From: Fimbriimonadia bacterium
GTDB lineage: Bacteria > Armatimonadota > Fimbriimonadia > Fimbriimonadales > JABRVX01
Assembly (NCBI GenBank): GCA_041483895.1
Contig: JBGPGO010000015.1
Span: 29,028-93,027, forward strand
Direction: 5' to 3'
DNA: 64,000 nt
Of the stretch, positions 1 through 9,599 are shown piece by piece. A model generated the notes under the pieces. The model ran no database searches. It had not been told where the DNA came from and worked only from the letters and a program-made list of their open reading frames with translations. The position numbers were made by a program, and so were the translations under genes. Positions within the stretch are counted from its first letter, which is position 1, and each line of letters opens with the position of its first letter.

Positions 1-350
1 TGAATTCCGATCGGATCCCGATCGTTGCTTACGGCACAAATCCAAACCGAGCATAGAATCTGGCGTGACCGAGTACAACGACCGCGTCGAACCCGCCGGC
101 AAGGCACGCCCAGAAACGCCTGCCTCAGACCGGCTGGCTCGGCGTTGCCTTTCCACCGGCATATTTTTGGAACTCAGGTAACCTAGTGATTGTCTCTGAT
201 TGGGTATTACCGGAGGTCGCTTTCGGTTGCATAATTTTGGTCTGTAGCTTGCACTTACTCTCAGGAATCGCTGGAGTTCTCGTCAGGATGCGAGTGGCGG
301 CCGCCACAGCAGTGCAAGCACTGACCCTGAAAGATGAGGAGACTCGATCC

Positions 351-2228
351 ATGAACCAATCACGGTTAGCACTTTCTGTGGCGGTTGTGATCGCCATCAA
401 TACGTCCGTTCTTGCCCAGACCTGGCAACGCGTCACCATCGGCGGACCCCCCGGAGCCGGGATGGCGCTGCTAATGACCGACGGAACCGTTATCATTCAC
501 AATGCGGATGCACGAGAATGGTATAAGCTCACACCAAATAACGTAGGAAGCTACGTCAACGGCACCTGGTCGCAGATCGCCAGCTTCCCCCCAGCCTACG
601 GTCCGCTCTACTACGGTGGTGCGGTCCTTGCGGACGGCAGGGCCGTTATCACGGGTGGTGAGTATAACTTCGGCTCTGCCGTATGGACGAATCAGAGCGC
701 TTGGTACAACCCCGTGACCAACGTCTGGACTATGATTGCTCCGCCGGCCGGCTGGGCCAACATCGGGGACGCGCAATGCTGCGTCATGCCCGACGGGAAA
801 TTCATGCTGGCGCAGATTCTCGACGCACGCATGGCCATTCTCAATCCGGCCACGATGACCTTTTCCCCCGTCACGAGCATCGGTCATGCGGACCGATTCG
901 ATGAAGAAGGTTGGACCCTGCTCCCGGACGGCACGATCTTTACCGTTGACGCAATCGCAGCGCCCCGCGCCGAGCGGTACATCCCATCAACCGGCAACTG
1001 GATCTTTGCCGGCAATACCCCCGCAACCCTTGTCGATGCGGGATCCCAAGAGATCGGTCCCTCCGTTCTGCTTCCCAGCGGCAGGGTGTTCAATATGGGA
1101 GCGACAATGAGCACAGCCACGTGGACGCCTGGCGCCGGCCTCATGGACCCGGGTTCCTGGGTTGCGGGGCCTAACTTCCCCATAGTTGGCGGCCAACTTG
1201 TGATGGCTGACGCTCCCGCATGCCTCTTGCCCAGCGGAAACGTGCTCCTGGGCGCAAGTCCCGGCGTGTTTGCCACCCCCACATGGTTCTATGAGTACAA
1301 TGGCACGAGCTTTATCAATAGTCCGGAAACGCCGAATTCCGGCGGCAATCCCTGCTATGTGGGCAACATGCTGATGCTTCCCACCGGGCAAGTGCTCTAT
1401 ACGGACTTCAGCAACGACATCGAGATCTACACACCGACCGGATCCCCGAACAACGCCTGGCGGCCAACGATCACGAATTGCCCCTCCACTTTGAACCCTG
1501 GGCAGACATTCCTGATTACCGGCACACAGTTCAATGGGGTATCGCAATGCAGCGCGTACGGCGACGATTCGACTAACGCCACAAACTATCCGATTGTTCG
1601 CGTTACAAACACGGCAAGCGGTCACGTCTTTTATTGCAAGACGTCCAACCACAGCACGATGGCGGTAGCGACCGGTGCAACGCCGGTATCGACGACCGTT
1701 TTGATCCCCGCAGGCATCGAAACGGGACCCTCCAATCTCGTTGTCGTTGCCAACGGTATCGCTTCCACGAATTGCCCGGTCGATATTGAAAGGCCCGCGT
1801 CGCTGAGCGGCCATGTCGATCTGGAACTGCTGTCCGTAAGTCCGCTCAACCAGCCGGTCGTGATTGAGTTCCGGCCTCCCGGCAATCCGGTTCCCGTCGC
1901 GACGTACAATGTCACCTTGAACGCATTAGGAAACTATAGTGTTGCCAGCGTTCTCAATGGAACCTACGACATCGCCGCGAAGGGGACAAATTGGCTCCGC
2001 CAGAAGCTCGGTTCTGTAGTGGTCAATGGCGCGACGGGCGCCAACTTCTCGCTGACGAACGGAGACGGCGAAGTCAACAACGCCGTTGATCTCGGCGATC
2101 TGAACCGCTGCCTAGTAGACTTCGCCACCGTTGGAGTTGACCCGGCCGACCTCGATAAGGACCTGGTTGTTGGGGTTCCAGATCTCAACATTGTGCTCAC
2201 CAACTTTGCCATCGTTGGCGACGCCTAA
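351..2228 (+). CDS. Secreted kelch/galactose-oxidase-like beta-propeller protein with a C-terminal carboxypeptidase-regulatory-like domain and a dockerin-like (EF-hand) tail
   Basis: ATG at 351 after GAGGAG; signal peptide MNQSRLALSVAVVIAINTSVLA; repeated LLPDG/LLPSG..YNPxTxxW kelch-like blades; tail GDGEVNNAVDLGDL...DLDKDLVVGVPDL. Confidence 0.7.
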   Translation: MNQSRLALSVAVVIAINTSVLAQTWQRVTIGGPPGAGMALLMTDGTVIIHNADAREWYKLTPNNVGSYVNGTWSQIASFPPAYGPLYYGGAVLADGRAVITGGEYNFGSAVWTNQSAWYNPVTNVWTMIAPPAGWANIGDAQCCVMPDGKFMLAQILDARMAILNPATMTFSPVTSIGHADRFDEEGWTLLPDGTIFTVDAIAAPRAERYIPSTGNWIFAGNTPATLVDAGSQEIGPSVLLPSGRVFNMGATMSTATWTPGAGLMDPGSWVAGPNFPIVGGQLVMADAPACLLPSGNVLLGASPGVFATPTWFYEYNGTSFINSPETPNSGGNPCYVGNMLMLPTGQVLYTDFSNDIEIYTPTGSPNNAWRPTITNCPSTLNPGQTFLITGTQFNGVSQCSAYGDDSTNATNYPIVRVTNTASGHVFYCKTSNHSTMAVATGATPVSTTVLIPAGIETGPSNLVVVANGIASTNCPVDIERPASLSGHVDLELLSVSPLNQPVVIEFRPPGNPVPVATYNVTLNALGNYSVASVLNGTYDIAAKGTNWLRQKLGSVVVNGATGANFSLTNGDGEVNNAVDLGDLNRCLVDFATVGVDPADLDKDLVVGVPDLNIVLTNFAIVGDA

Positions 2229-2250
2229 TCCAATCCGCCCGTTCCATGAC

Positions 2251-2288
2251 AGGGTCCCGTTCACCTCAGGGTGATTGGGACCCTTTCT
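2251..2288 (+). terminator. Probable intrinsic terminator
   Basis: AGGGTCCC..TCACC-tcag-GGTGA..GGGACCCT hairpin followed by a short T-rich tail, just after the stop at 2228. Confidence 0.6.
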
Positions 2289-2335
2289 CATTGCTCCACG
2301 GCAGGAATCTCTCCGCCGCCGATGTACTGATCGGC

Positions 2336-3394
2336 ATGAGAACACTCGTCGCGCTTTTATCATCGCTCATTTTCCTTACCGTTTCCTTCGCGCAGGTCCC
2401 ACAGGACCTCGCCGACAAGAAAGACTTCAAGGCTTTCAAGGTTTCTAGCGCAGACCCAACAGGCAAGAACGCGGATGCGCGTGGAATCGCTCCCGGCGCC
2501 ACCTTGACCGTCGCGGACATCAAGGGAAGCGGCCGGTTTACACACCTTTGGATGACGATCTCCGCGCAATCCACCGATCATCTGCGCGAGCTGGTCATCC
2601 GGATGACGTGGGATGACGCTGCGACGCCCGCCGTCGAATGCCCGATCGGCGATCTGTTCGCCCAAGGACCGGGCAAGTATGTCGAGTACCACAGCGCGCC
2701 TGTCTCCGTCGGCGGTCAGCAGGCCCTCAACTGCTACTGGCCCATGCCGTTTAAAAAGCATGCCGTCATAACGGTAACTAATGAGGGTGACAAGCCGGTC
2801 GGCGCGTACTATTACAACTTCGATTACCGTTTGGACAACAAGCCCCAAAAGGACGCCCGCTACTTCCACACGCAATATCGAAACTACTTCCCTGCCCCAA
2901 AAGGCACGCCTCTCACGATCTGCGAGGTCAAGGGCGCCGGCCATTTTGTTGGAACGGTTGTGACCGTCTTGGCGAACAGCGACGGATGGTGGGGCGAAGG
3001 GGATGACAACTTTTATGTGGACGGCCACACGAAACCGGATATCAGCGGCACGGGCAGCGAGGACTATTTCTGCGGCGCGTGGGATTTTGGGCACACCTTC
3101 CAAACACCCTACTTTGGCGTCACTTTCTACGACAATCCGGAAAAGGGCGGCGAAAGGCGAGGCATTCAAAACACAGTGTATCGCTGGCACATCGAAGACC
3201 CGGTGACGTTTACGAAGTCCCTGCTGTTCACGCTGGAGCACGGCCGTGGCGGCTGGGACGAGGACCGTGCGCCGCTCCGAAACAATTACACCACAGTCGG
3301 ACTCTATTACGTAGACCATCCCGAAGGCGACGCCACCCGCATCCCGCCATATAAGGACCGCGTCCCGAAACTACTTCCGCTGCCGGGAGGCTAG
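2336..3394 (+). CDS. DUF2961 / GH172-family glycoside hydrolase, secreted
   Basis: Motifs HLWMT, PIGDLF, LNCYWPMPF, WWGEGDD, GTGSEDYF, YRWHIEDP; N-terminal signal peptide. Confidence 0.85.
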   Translation: MRTLVALLSSLIFLTVSFAQVPQDLADKKDFKAFKVSSADPTGKNADARGIAPGATLTVADIKGSGRFTHLWMTISAQSTDHLRELVIRMTWDDAATPAVECPIGDLFAQGPGKYVEYHSAPVSVGGQQALNCYWPMPFKKHAVITVTNEGDKPVGAYYYNFDYRLDNKPQKDARYFHTQYRNYFPAPKGTPLTICEVKGAGHFVGTVVTVLANSDGWWGEGDDNFYVDGHTKPDISGTGSEDYFCGAWDFGHTFQTPYFGVTFYDNPEKGGERRGIQNTVYRWHIEDPVTFTKSLLFTLEHGRGGWDEDRAPLRNNYTTVGLYYVDHPEGDATRIPPYKDRVPKLLPLPGG

Positions 3395-3403
3395 CGCGAG
3401 CAG

Positions 3404-3952
3404 ATGCCAGCGAATACTTTCGACATCATCCTCTGCGACATGCAGCTCCACCTCGTGAGAGCCTGGACAACCGCGTTCGCGAGCCATGACATCGAGATTA
3501 TCCACGGTGACATTTTGGATGTTGAGGCCGATGCCTATGTCTCTCCCGCTAATGGCTTCGGAATCATGGACGGCGGCATCGACGCTGCCCTCAGCGCCCG
3601 CTTCCCCGGCGTCCAGCGCCGGGTCCAAGCCGCCATCTACGAAATCGGACCTCATCTCCCGGTCGGCAGAGCAGTCATCGTCGAAACGGAAGACCCATTC
3701 GTTCCCTATCTCGTCAGCGCGCCGACGATGCTCTATCCGTCCCATGTCGGCCACACAAGAAATGCCGAAATTGCAATGTCGGCACTGCTCCACGCGATCG
3801 AGGAATTCAACGCCACCAACCACTTGATCGCCTCCGTCGTCATCCCCGGCTTGGCGACAGGTGTCGGCGGCATGCACCCCGAACGCGCTGCACAGCAAAT
3901 GGCTAGCGCTTACATCGAATGGACACACGGGCTCTCATCCACAGAGATATAG
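3404..3952 (+). CDS. Macro-domain (ADP-ribose binding/processing) protein
   Basis: GDIL..ADAYVSPANGFGIMDGGID, APTM, PGLATGVG macrodomain motifs. Confidence 0.85.
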   Translation: MPANTFDIILCDMQLHLVRAWTTAFASHDIEIIHGDILDVEADAYVSPANGFGIMDGGIDAALSARFPGVQRRVQAAIYEIGPHLPVGRAVIVETEDPFVPYLVSAPTMLYPSHVGHTRNAEIAMSALLHAIEEFNATNHLIASVVIPGLATGVGGMHPERAAQQMASAYIEWTHGLSSTEI

Positions 3953-4001
3953 GAATCAGCTTACGAGCAGAATGCGCCCTAATACGTCCCAACGGTGCCC
4001 C

Positions 4002-5324
4002 TTACCCAGGAACTTCACCCGATTGGCCGGCGCGCCATGTGATGCGAATGAGAGACCAGCGCCAAAACAGTGCCCCAGCCAACAATAAGACGGCCACGCC
4101 GGCAAGCCCGAGAGTCTTGCGTCGGTCCAGACTCGCCGCCTGCATGGCTTTTGCGGAGCGAAGGCTCTTGGCAATCTGCTCACGCGCCGGCTGAATCTTT
4201 CCAGAGATATCGTTGACGGACAGACCGTGCAGGATGACTCGAGCCTCGAGCAATGTCGTGTTGATGGCAGGCACGTCCGCCTGAATATCCGCCACATCCA
4301 TGCCTTCTGCTTCCGCCAATGAAGTCTGCGCAGCGGCAGCATCCATTTCTAGCTTCGCGACCGTCAGCATATTGTGAATCTGCTTGCCGACCGTTTCGCC
4401 CTTGTCCCCCTCGCTATGGCAATTACCACAGCCGTGTTCGCCGGAGTCGACCAACATGGCGTCCGTAGGCGGGGAAATCCCGTGGTTGCCATGGCAGTCG
4501 ATACATTTCGGACCTCCGGAATCCGCTATGGCCTGCCAATGTGGTCCCTGCTTTAGATACTTCTCTTGTTCCGGATGGCAGCTTCCGCAGACGTCCGCGA
4601 CCTCGGTCCGTCCAGGGGGTGTCGCTCCATGGGCGCTGTGGCAACTGGCACAATTCGGCGCCGCACGGTCGCCCTTTTGAAGCAGCGCAAGACCGTGGAC
4701 GCTCTTCGTGTAATCCGCCAGTTGCGTCGTCGGAATCTTGTATTGGGCCATTCGGGTCTTGTCCGCATGGCATTTGCCACAGGTCTTGGGTACGTTGCTG
4801 ATATACACGGCGGAATTTGGATCGTTTTTCGATAACGTCGCATGAGCGCCGTGGCAATCCACGCATGTGGCAACGTTCTGATCGCCTTGCGCCAGCTTCT
4901 TCCCGTGCACGCTCTGCTGGTACTGTTGGAACTGGCTGGTCGGAAGCCGGAAGGGACGCATGCGAACTACGTCCGAATGGCATTTCGCGCACAACTTAGG
5001 GATGTCGGCCTTTGCCGGTGCGCCGATATATCCTTTCGCGGTATCCATTGAGGCCTCGCCGTCGGGATTCATTGGGTCGCCGCCGTGGCAATCCTGACAT
5101 TCAACACCGTTTCGGGCGTGGATGCTCGTCAGCCATTCCTTTGAGGATTTCGAAACGTCTGGATCCTCGTCGTTTTGATGACACGTCACGCATTGGTTGG
5201 GTTTTGGACTGGCGAGACCAGGACGCCCAATCGCGATTCCAACCGCAACCAGGCCGGCAACGCCAAGAAGCCACGCGCTGATAATTCCAATTCCGGGTTT
5301 TCGAGTTGCATGTCTTTCTTTCAT
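4002..5324 (-). CDS. Membrane-anchored multiheme cytochrome c (9 CxxCH)
   Basis: CVTCH, CQDCH, CAKCH, CVDCH, CGKCH, CASCH, CGSCH, CIDCH, CGNCH; N- and C-terminal hydrophobic helices; ATGA overlap with the cytochrome b stop. Confidence 0.9.
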   Translation of the reverse strand: MKERHATRKPGIGIISAWLLGVAGLVAVGIAIGRPGLASPKPNQCVTCHQNDEDPDVSKSSKEWLTSIHARNGVECQDCHGGDPMNPDGEASMDTAKGYIGAPAKADIPKLCAKCHSDVVRMRPFRLPTSQFQQYQQSVHGKKLAQGDQNVATCVDCHGAHATLSKNDPNSAVYISNVPKTCGKCHADKTRMAQYKIPTTQLADYTKSVHGLALLQKGDRAAPNCASCHSAHGATPPGRTEVADVCGSCHPEQEKYLKQGPHWQAIADSGGPKCIDCHGNHGISPPTDAMLVDSGEHGCGNCHSEGDKGETVGKQIHNMLTVAKLEMDAAAAQTSLAEAEGMDVADIQADVPAINTTLLEARVILHGLSVNDISGKIQPAREQIAKSLRSAKAMQAASLDRRKTLGLAGVAVLLLAGALFWRWSLIRITWRAGQSGEVPG

Positions 5325-6466
5325 TTGGAGTGATGCCCCCATATCCCAAGGCCGATTACCGCGATGACCGCGACCGCGCCCGTCGTCAGCCATCCACGCC
5401 GCAAGTAAATCTGCCGCCCGGGCTTGCGATCGAGGAAGGGTAGGAAGAGAAACCCAAGAGCGGCGAGCCCTATCAGAAGTACTGATATCGTTTTACCCGT
5501 CCCGAAAAAGTCTCCAAGCACGGGAACGCTCTTTAATGAAGTCGTGCTTGGGAACAACTTGAGAAGCTGATACGACGGAAGAAAGTACCATTCGGGTTTG
5601 ATATGTTGCGGTGTGGTTGTGGGGTCGGCTTTGGCTTCCAAGTGAGGCGGCATGAAAGCAACAAGGAGGAACAGGACGCCAAGCACAAAGCAGAAACCGA
5701 TCCCCTCCCGCAGAACATGATTCGGGAAAAAGGGCTCGCGACCGGAAACATCGTCCTTGTCATGACTCCCTGCATCTTCGTCCGGCTCCAATGGAGATTC
5801 CGTCATACCGAGCTTTCGCTCGACCAGAAAGTGTACGCCAAGAAGAAGCACCGCTAGGAGCGGCAGTATCAACGTGTGCGCAGTGTAGAAACGGGCCAGG
5901 GTCTCTCCTGTCGTCGCTTCGCCGCCTCGCATCACGACGAGCAGCCAATGGCCAATGTACGGAACCGCATCCGTCAATTCCGTTCCCACGGTGGTCGCCC
6001 AGTAAGCAATCTGGTCCCAGGGTAAGAGGTATCCGGTAAAGCCAAAACCGAGGGCCGCGAACAGCAGCAAGGCGCCGGTGATCCAGTTCATTTCGCGAGG
6101 CCGCTTGTATGCTCCGTAGATGAACACGCGAACCATATGGGCGAACAGAACGATCAGCATGGCCGTAGCGCCCCAAGCGTGAAGACCCCGAATCAACCAT
6201 CCGTAGGAAGTCACATTCGTAACGTATCGTACACTCTCATAGGCGGTGCCGGGGCTCGGTCGGTAATACAGCGCAAGCAGAATGCCGGTCACAACCTGCA
6301 TCCCAAACAGGAGGAACGTGAGTCCGCCGAGGGTATGGGACCAATTGACGGATTTCGGCATCGGATACTTCAGAACCCCAGTTATGCCGAGCCGAGCATC
6401 AAACCAGCCGTAAATGCGCTGCGGCAAACGTGGTCGAGGCTCCAAGCTTGTTCCGTTTATCGCCAT
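5321..6466 (-). CDS. Cytochrome b of a Rieske/cytb complex (unsplit, b plus subunit-IV-like region)
   Basis: IRGLHAWGA..HMVRVF, GFTGYLLPWDQIAYW, RFYTAH...GVHF, HIKPEWYF (PEWY motif). Confidence 0.9.
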   Translation of the reverse strand: MAINGTSLEPRPRLPQRIYGWFDARLGITGVLKYPMPKSVNWSHTLGGLTFLLFGMQVVTGILLALYYRPSPGTAYESVRYVTNVTSYGWLIRGLHAWGATAMLIVLFAHMVRVFIYGAYKRPREMNWITGALLLFAALGFGFTGYLLPWDQIAYWATTVGTELTDAVPYIGHWLLVVMRGGEATTGETLARFYTAHTLILPLLAVLLLGVHFLVERKLGMTESPLEPDEDAGSHDKDDVSGREPFFPNHVLREGIGFCFVLGVLFLLVAFMPPHLEAKADPTTTPQHIKPEWYFLPSYQLLKLFPSTTSLKSVPVLGDFFGTGKTISVLLIGLAALGFLFLPFLDRKPGRQIYLRRGWLTTGAVAVIAVIGLGIWGHHSK

Positions 6467-6468
6467 TT

Positions 6469-6927
6469 CTAGCCTTTCAAGTAGATTTTGCCGCCCTTCA
6501 CGATTGTGGCAGCGGCAACGAGCGGTGACGGAGCAGGACCGGAGATGACATTCCCATTCGCATCGAACTGCGCTCCATGGCAAGGGCATTTAAAATAGCG
6601 AGAGCCTTCGATCCACTCAACGATGCAGCCGGCATGGGTGCACTTTGCATTAAATGACTTGAACCCGTCATCTACGTGCAGCACCCAATACGTCACTCCG
6701 TCGGCGAAGAATTTGGTGCCCTTTCCGATGGCCAGGTTCGCGACGGGACCGACCTCAATCTCATCGCCGGCGCCTTGGACCCCTCGGCGAGGAGGATAAA
6801 TGAAACGAACGAAAGCGTTGACGACACCGGCGCCAAGAACGACGAGCGCGCCGAGCAAGGAGATGTTTGCAAGAGCTTCACGCCTCCCGATTGTTTTTGA
6901 GGCCTTTTGGCCACTACCATCATCCAT
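6469..6927 (-). CDS. Rieske [2Fe-2S] protein with Tat-like signal
   Basis: GRREAL twin-arginine; CTHAGC and CPCHGAQF motifs; GGAGG upstream of ATG 6927. Confidence 0.92.
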   Translation of the reverse strand: MDDGSGQKASKTIGRREALANISLLGALVVLGAGVVNAFVRFIYPPRRGVQGAGDEIEVGPVANLAIGKGTKFFADGVTYWVLHVDDGFKSFNAKCTHAGCIVEWIEGSRYFKCPCHGAQFDANGNVISGPAPSPLVAAATIVKGGKIYLKG

Positions 6928-7327
6928 TACCACTGTACATCCTCCCATTCACCCGTTTTGCGCGAAGCCACTCATGAGCCGCCCCGACTTCAAACTCGTA
7001 GTCGGGGCCCGGTTGACCGTGACTCGGACCGTTTCCTGAATTCGCAGGTTCGATTGGATGTCCTTCCGGCACACGCCATTTGCCTGGCTGCTGGGTTCAA
7101 AAAACGGCCCATTTTGAGAAGACCATTACAGGCTTGCCGGAATCCTATCACAATCAGTTAGCCCTCCGCTGTCGCGAAAAAAAAGGACAGACGGAGAGCG
7201 AATTGTTACCGGACTGTACTTCAAAGCGGTTCTGGCTCAGACTTTGAGAAGACCTGTGCCCACCGACCAAGAATCCCACTCACCAGCGAATCGGAGGCGC
7301 TGAAGGCGGCGCGGGGTCAATCAGCCT

Positions 7328-8398
7328 TCACTTGCCCTTCGTCGGCAGCTCGCGTTGGTCGGCGTCGTGTTCGATATCATTCAGAATGGACGTAAGGTCT
7401 GCTTTGTGTTCCGGATCGGACGCATGATCAATCAAGTATCGTATTGCGGCAGTGTGCGTCAGCTTCAATGAGGTGGCAGGATCAGCCTTCACATCCGGCT
7501 GTACTCCCACGCCTTCCCAATTGGTGTGCGAATACGGGTTCACCGCCCGGCCACTGGGGATAAAGCATGCGAAGTGGTCCCCCAATCGCACCATGCCACC
7601 GGGATTCGCCCCACCCCAAGTCGGCTCCCCGATGATCGTTCCGCGCTTGAGCTGCTGAAAATTGTACGCGCACTCCTCCGCGCCGGACCCGGTCCGCTTG
7701 CTTGTTAGAACATAGACGGGCAGGTCGGGAAATCGCGGTCCATCCACTTTCGCAAGCGTCCAAAATTCCGTCTTCGTAATCTTATCTTTGTTGCGGAACT
7801 CGATCGTGTTCAGAAGTACCGGTTTGGCGCCAAAGAAGTGGCTGCAGAACAGTTTCACACCTTCCGGATCACCGCCACCATTGGTCCGCAGATCGATGAT
7901 CATGGCGTCCGCGTTCGCGAGAAACTCCATGGCCGCAACGACCGGCCGAGCCATGTCTTGCGGCGGGGCGAATCCATTGAACTTGATATATCCGACATTT
8001 CCACGCAATCGCTCGATCCGTTCGAAATTCGCATTCACAAATCTGGTCTCATCCTGATATCGCTTGAGCTCGTCTTTGGACGGCTCCCTCGCACTTCTTC
8101 GCTCCGGCAGCTTTTGCTCACTGTACCGGAATCGAAGATGCGCATCCGTCACCTGTTCCTTGAGAATCTCATTGACCCGCATGGCAAACTTCACCGGATC
8201 GTTGATGCTCGCGCATTCATCGGCCTTGATCCAGTCCTCCATCTTTGACTCGATCTTCTTCGCGGCGTCCATGTCGATATACAGATCGTTCATCTGATGA
8301 ATCATCTCATGGATCGTATCGGTCTTAACCTGTTGGGTCAGCTGGAAGGGCGCGGCCTGTTGTAGCAGCAAGGCTCCCAACAAAACGATGATATTCAT
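7328..8398 (-). CDS. S41-family peptidase (IRBP-like), secreted
   Basis: GNVGYIKF, IIDLRTNGGG, TGSGAEE, IIGEPTWGG, WEGVGVQPD. Confidence 0.88.
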   Translation of the reverse strand: MNIIVLLGALLLQQAAPFQLTQQVKTDTIHEMIHQMNDLYIDMDAAKKIESKMEDWIKADECASINDPVKFAMRVNEILKEQVTDAHLRFRYSEQKLPERRSAREPSKDELKRYQDETRFVNANFERIERLRGNVGYIKFNGFAPPQDMARPVVAAMEFLANADAMIIDLRTNGGGDPEGVKLFCSHFFGAKPVLLNTIEFRNKDKITKTEFWTLAKVDGPRFPDLPVYVLTSKRTGSGAEECAYNFQQLKRGTIIGEPTWGGANPGGMVRLGDHFACFIPSGRAVNPYSHTNWEGVGVQPDVKADPATSLKLTHTAAIRYLIDHASDPEHKADLTSILNDIEHDADQRELPTKGK

Positions 8399-9018
8399 GC
8401 TCTAGCTCCTCTGGTGTGATTTGTCGCGCCGAGCAGCAGCAGCGCGATCATGTGATCGAGCCCGCGCGCGATGGTCTCGGGAGATCCCAATTCTCGAACG
8501 CTCAGGCTATAGGGTAGAAATGCGTTGGTCGCGAGCAGAAATGTCTCGGCGGTTTTCTGCGGGTCGAATCGGGAGAACTCGCCGGTCCCCATGCCCGCTC
8601 GCAACATGCCGGCCACTAAATCTCGTTCCACGTCGAAAAACCGGACCCGCAGCTCCATGTACGCCGGCCGAACCACGGCAAACAGATCGTCGAGGCTGTG
8701 CGCATAGTCCTGCACCTGCTCGACACGCGCCAGGACCCGGCGGCGCAGCATCTCCCGCAGCCGCTCCGAAACCGATGCCCTGCCCGCCGCAATCGCGCGC
8801 ATCTCCGCATGGGCCTGCTCCACCACCCGGCTGATTGAGGAAAGGCCGAGGTCCTCTTTGCCGGAGAAGTAGACGTAGATTGTCCGCTTGCTGACTCCGG
8901 CCTCCTTCGCCACATCGTCCATCGTCATCTTTTGGAACCCGTACCGGGCCATCAGCCGATTCGCGGCATCGAGGATCGCGTCGCTGGTATTCGTCTGTTT
9001 TGGCGTTGCGGTGGTCAT
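8395..9018 (-). CDS. TetR/AcrR-family transcriptional regulator
   Basis: ILDAA..L.ARYGFQKMTMDDVAKEAGVSKRTIYVYFSGKEDL HTH; start 9018 chosen for the TAATAT-7nt-ATG signature; 4-nt overlap with the S41 gene. Confidence 0.88.
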   Translation of the reverse strand: MTTATPKQTNTSDAILDAANRLMARYGFQKMTMDDVAKEAGVSKRTIYVYFSGKEDLGLSSISRVVEQAHAEMRAIAAGRASVSERLREMLRRRVLARVEQVQDYAHSLDDLFAVVRPAYMELRVRFFDVERDLVAGMLRAGMGTGEFSRFDPQKTAETFLLATNAFLPYSLSVRELGSPETIARGLDHMIALLLLGATNHTRGARA

Positions 9019-9037
9019 ACGGTTCATATTACGCAAC

Positions 9038-9061
9038 TGCACGAACTAAGTGTTTCATGCA
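9038..9061. promoter_or_regulatory. Putative TetR operator (imperfect palindrome) in the divergent promoter region
   Basis: TGCACGAA-N8-TTCATGCA immediately upstream of the tetR start. Confidence 0.5.
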
Positions 9062-9122
9062 ATTTGAATTCGGGACTTTCGGCCCGGCCCGATTCGGCCT
9101 GAGAAGGCAGTAGAATCCCCCC

Positions 9123-9599
9123 GTGAACCCAGTCGATCCCCGTGTCCGCATCGGCCACGTCCATCTGAAGGTCGCCGACCTCGATCGAGCGATTGCTTTC
9201 TACTCCGGGGTGCTTGGCTTCGAGTTGAGGCAGCGGATGGGAAGCCAGGCCGCATTCCTTGCCGCAGGCGATTATCACCACCACATCGGCCTGAATACTT
9301 GGGAGAGCAAAGGCGGTTCCCCGCCACCGCCGGCTAGCACGGGTCTCTACCACATTGCCATCCTCTACCCAACCCGCGCCGCATTGGCCGACGCGCTTCG
9401 CAGGCTCACTGGCGCCGGCATTCGGCTGGAAGGCGCGACCGACCACGGCGTCAGCGAAGCCCTCTACCTGACCGATCCCGATGGCAACGGCCTGGAACTC
9501 TATTGGGACAAGCCGAAGGAACAGTGGCCGTTGGACGCGAATGGGGAGATAGCGATGGTGAGCGAGCCGCTGAATTTGGAGGACCTCCTTCGGCAATGA
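9123..9599 (+). CDS. VOC-family protein (CatE-like glyoxalase/extradiol dioxygenase fold)
   Basis: IGHVHLKVADL, GDYHHHIGLNTW, GLYHIAIL, DHGVSEALYLTDPDGNGLELY. Confidence 0.88.
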   Translation: MNPVDPRVRIGHVHLKVADLDRAIAFYSGVLGFELRQRMGSQAAFLAAGDYHHHIGLNTWESKGGSPPPPASTGLYHIAILYPTRAALADALRRLTGAGIRLEGATDHGVSEALYLTDPDGNGLELYWDKPKEQWPLDANGEIAMVSEPLNLEDLLRQ

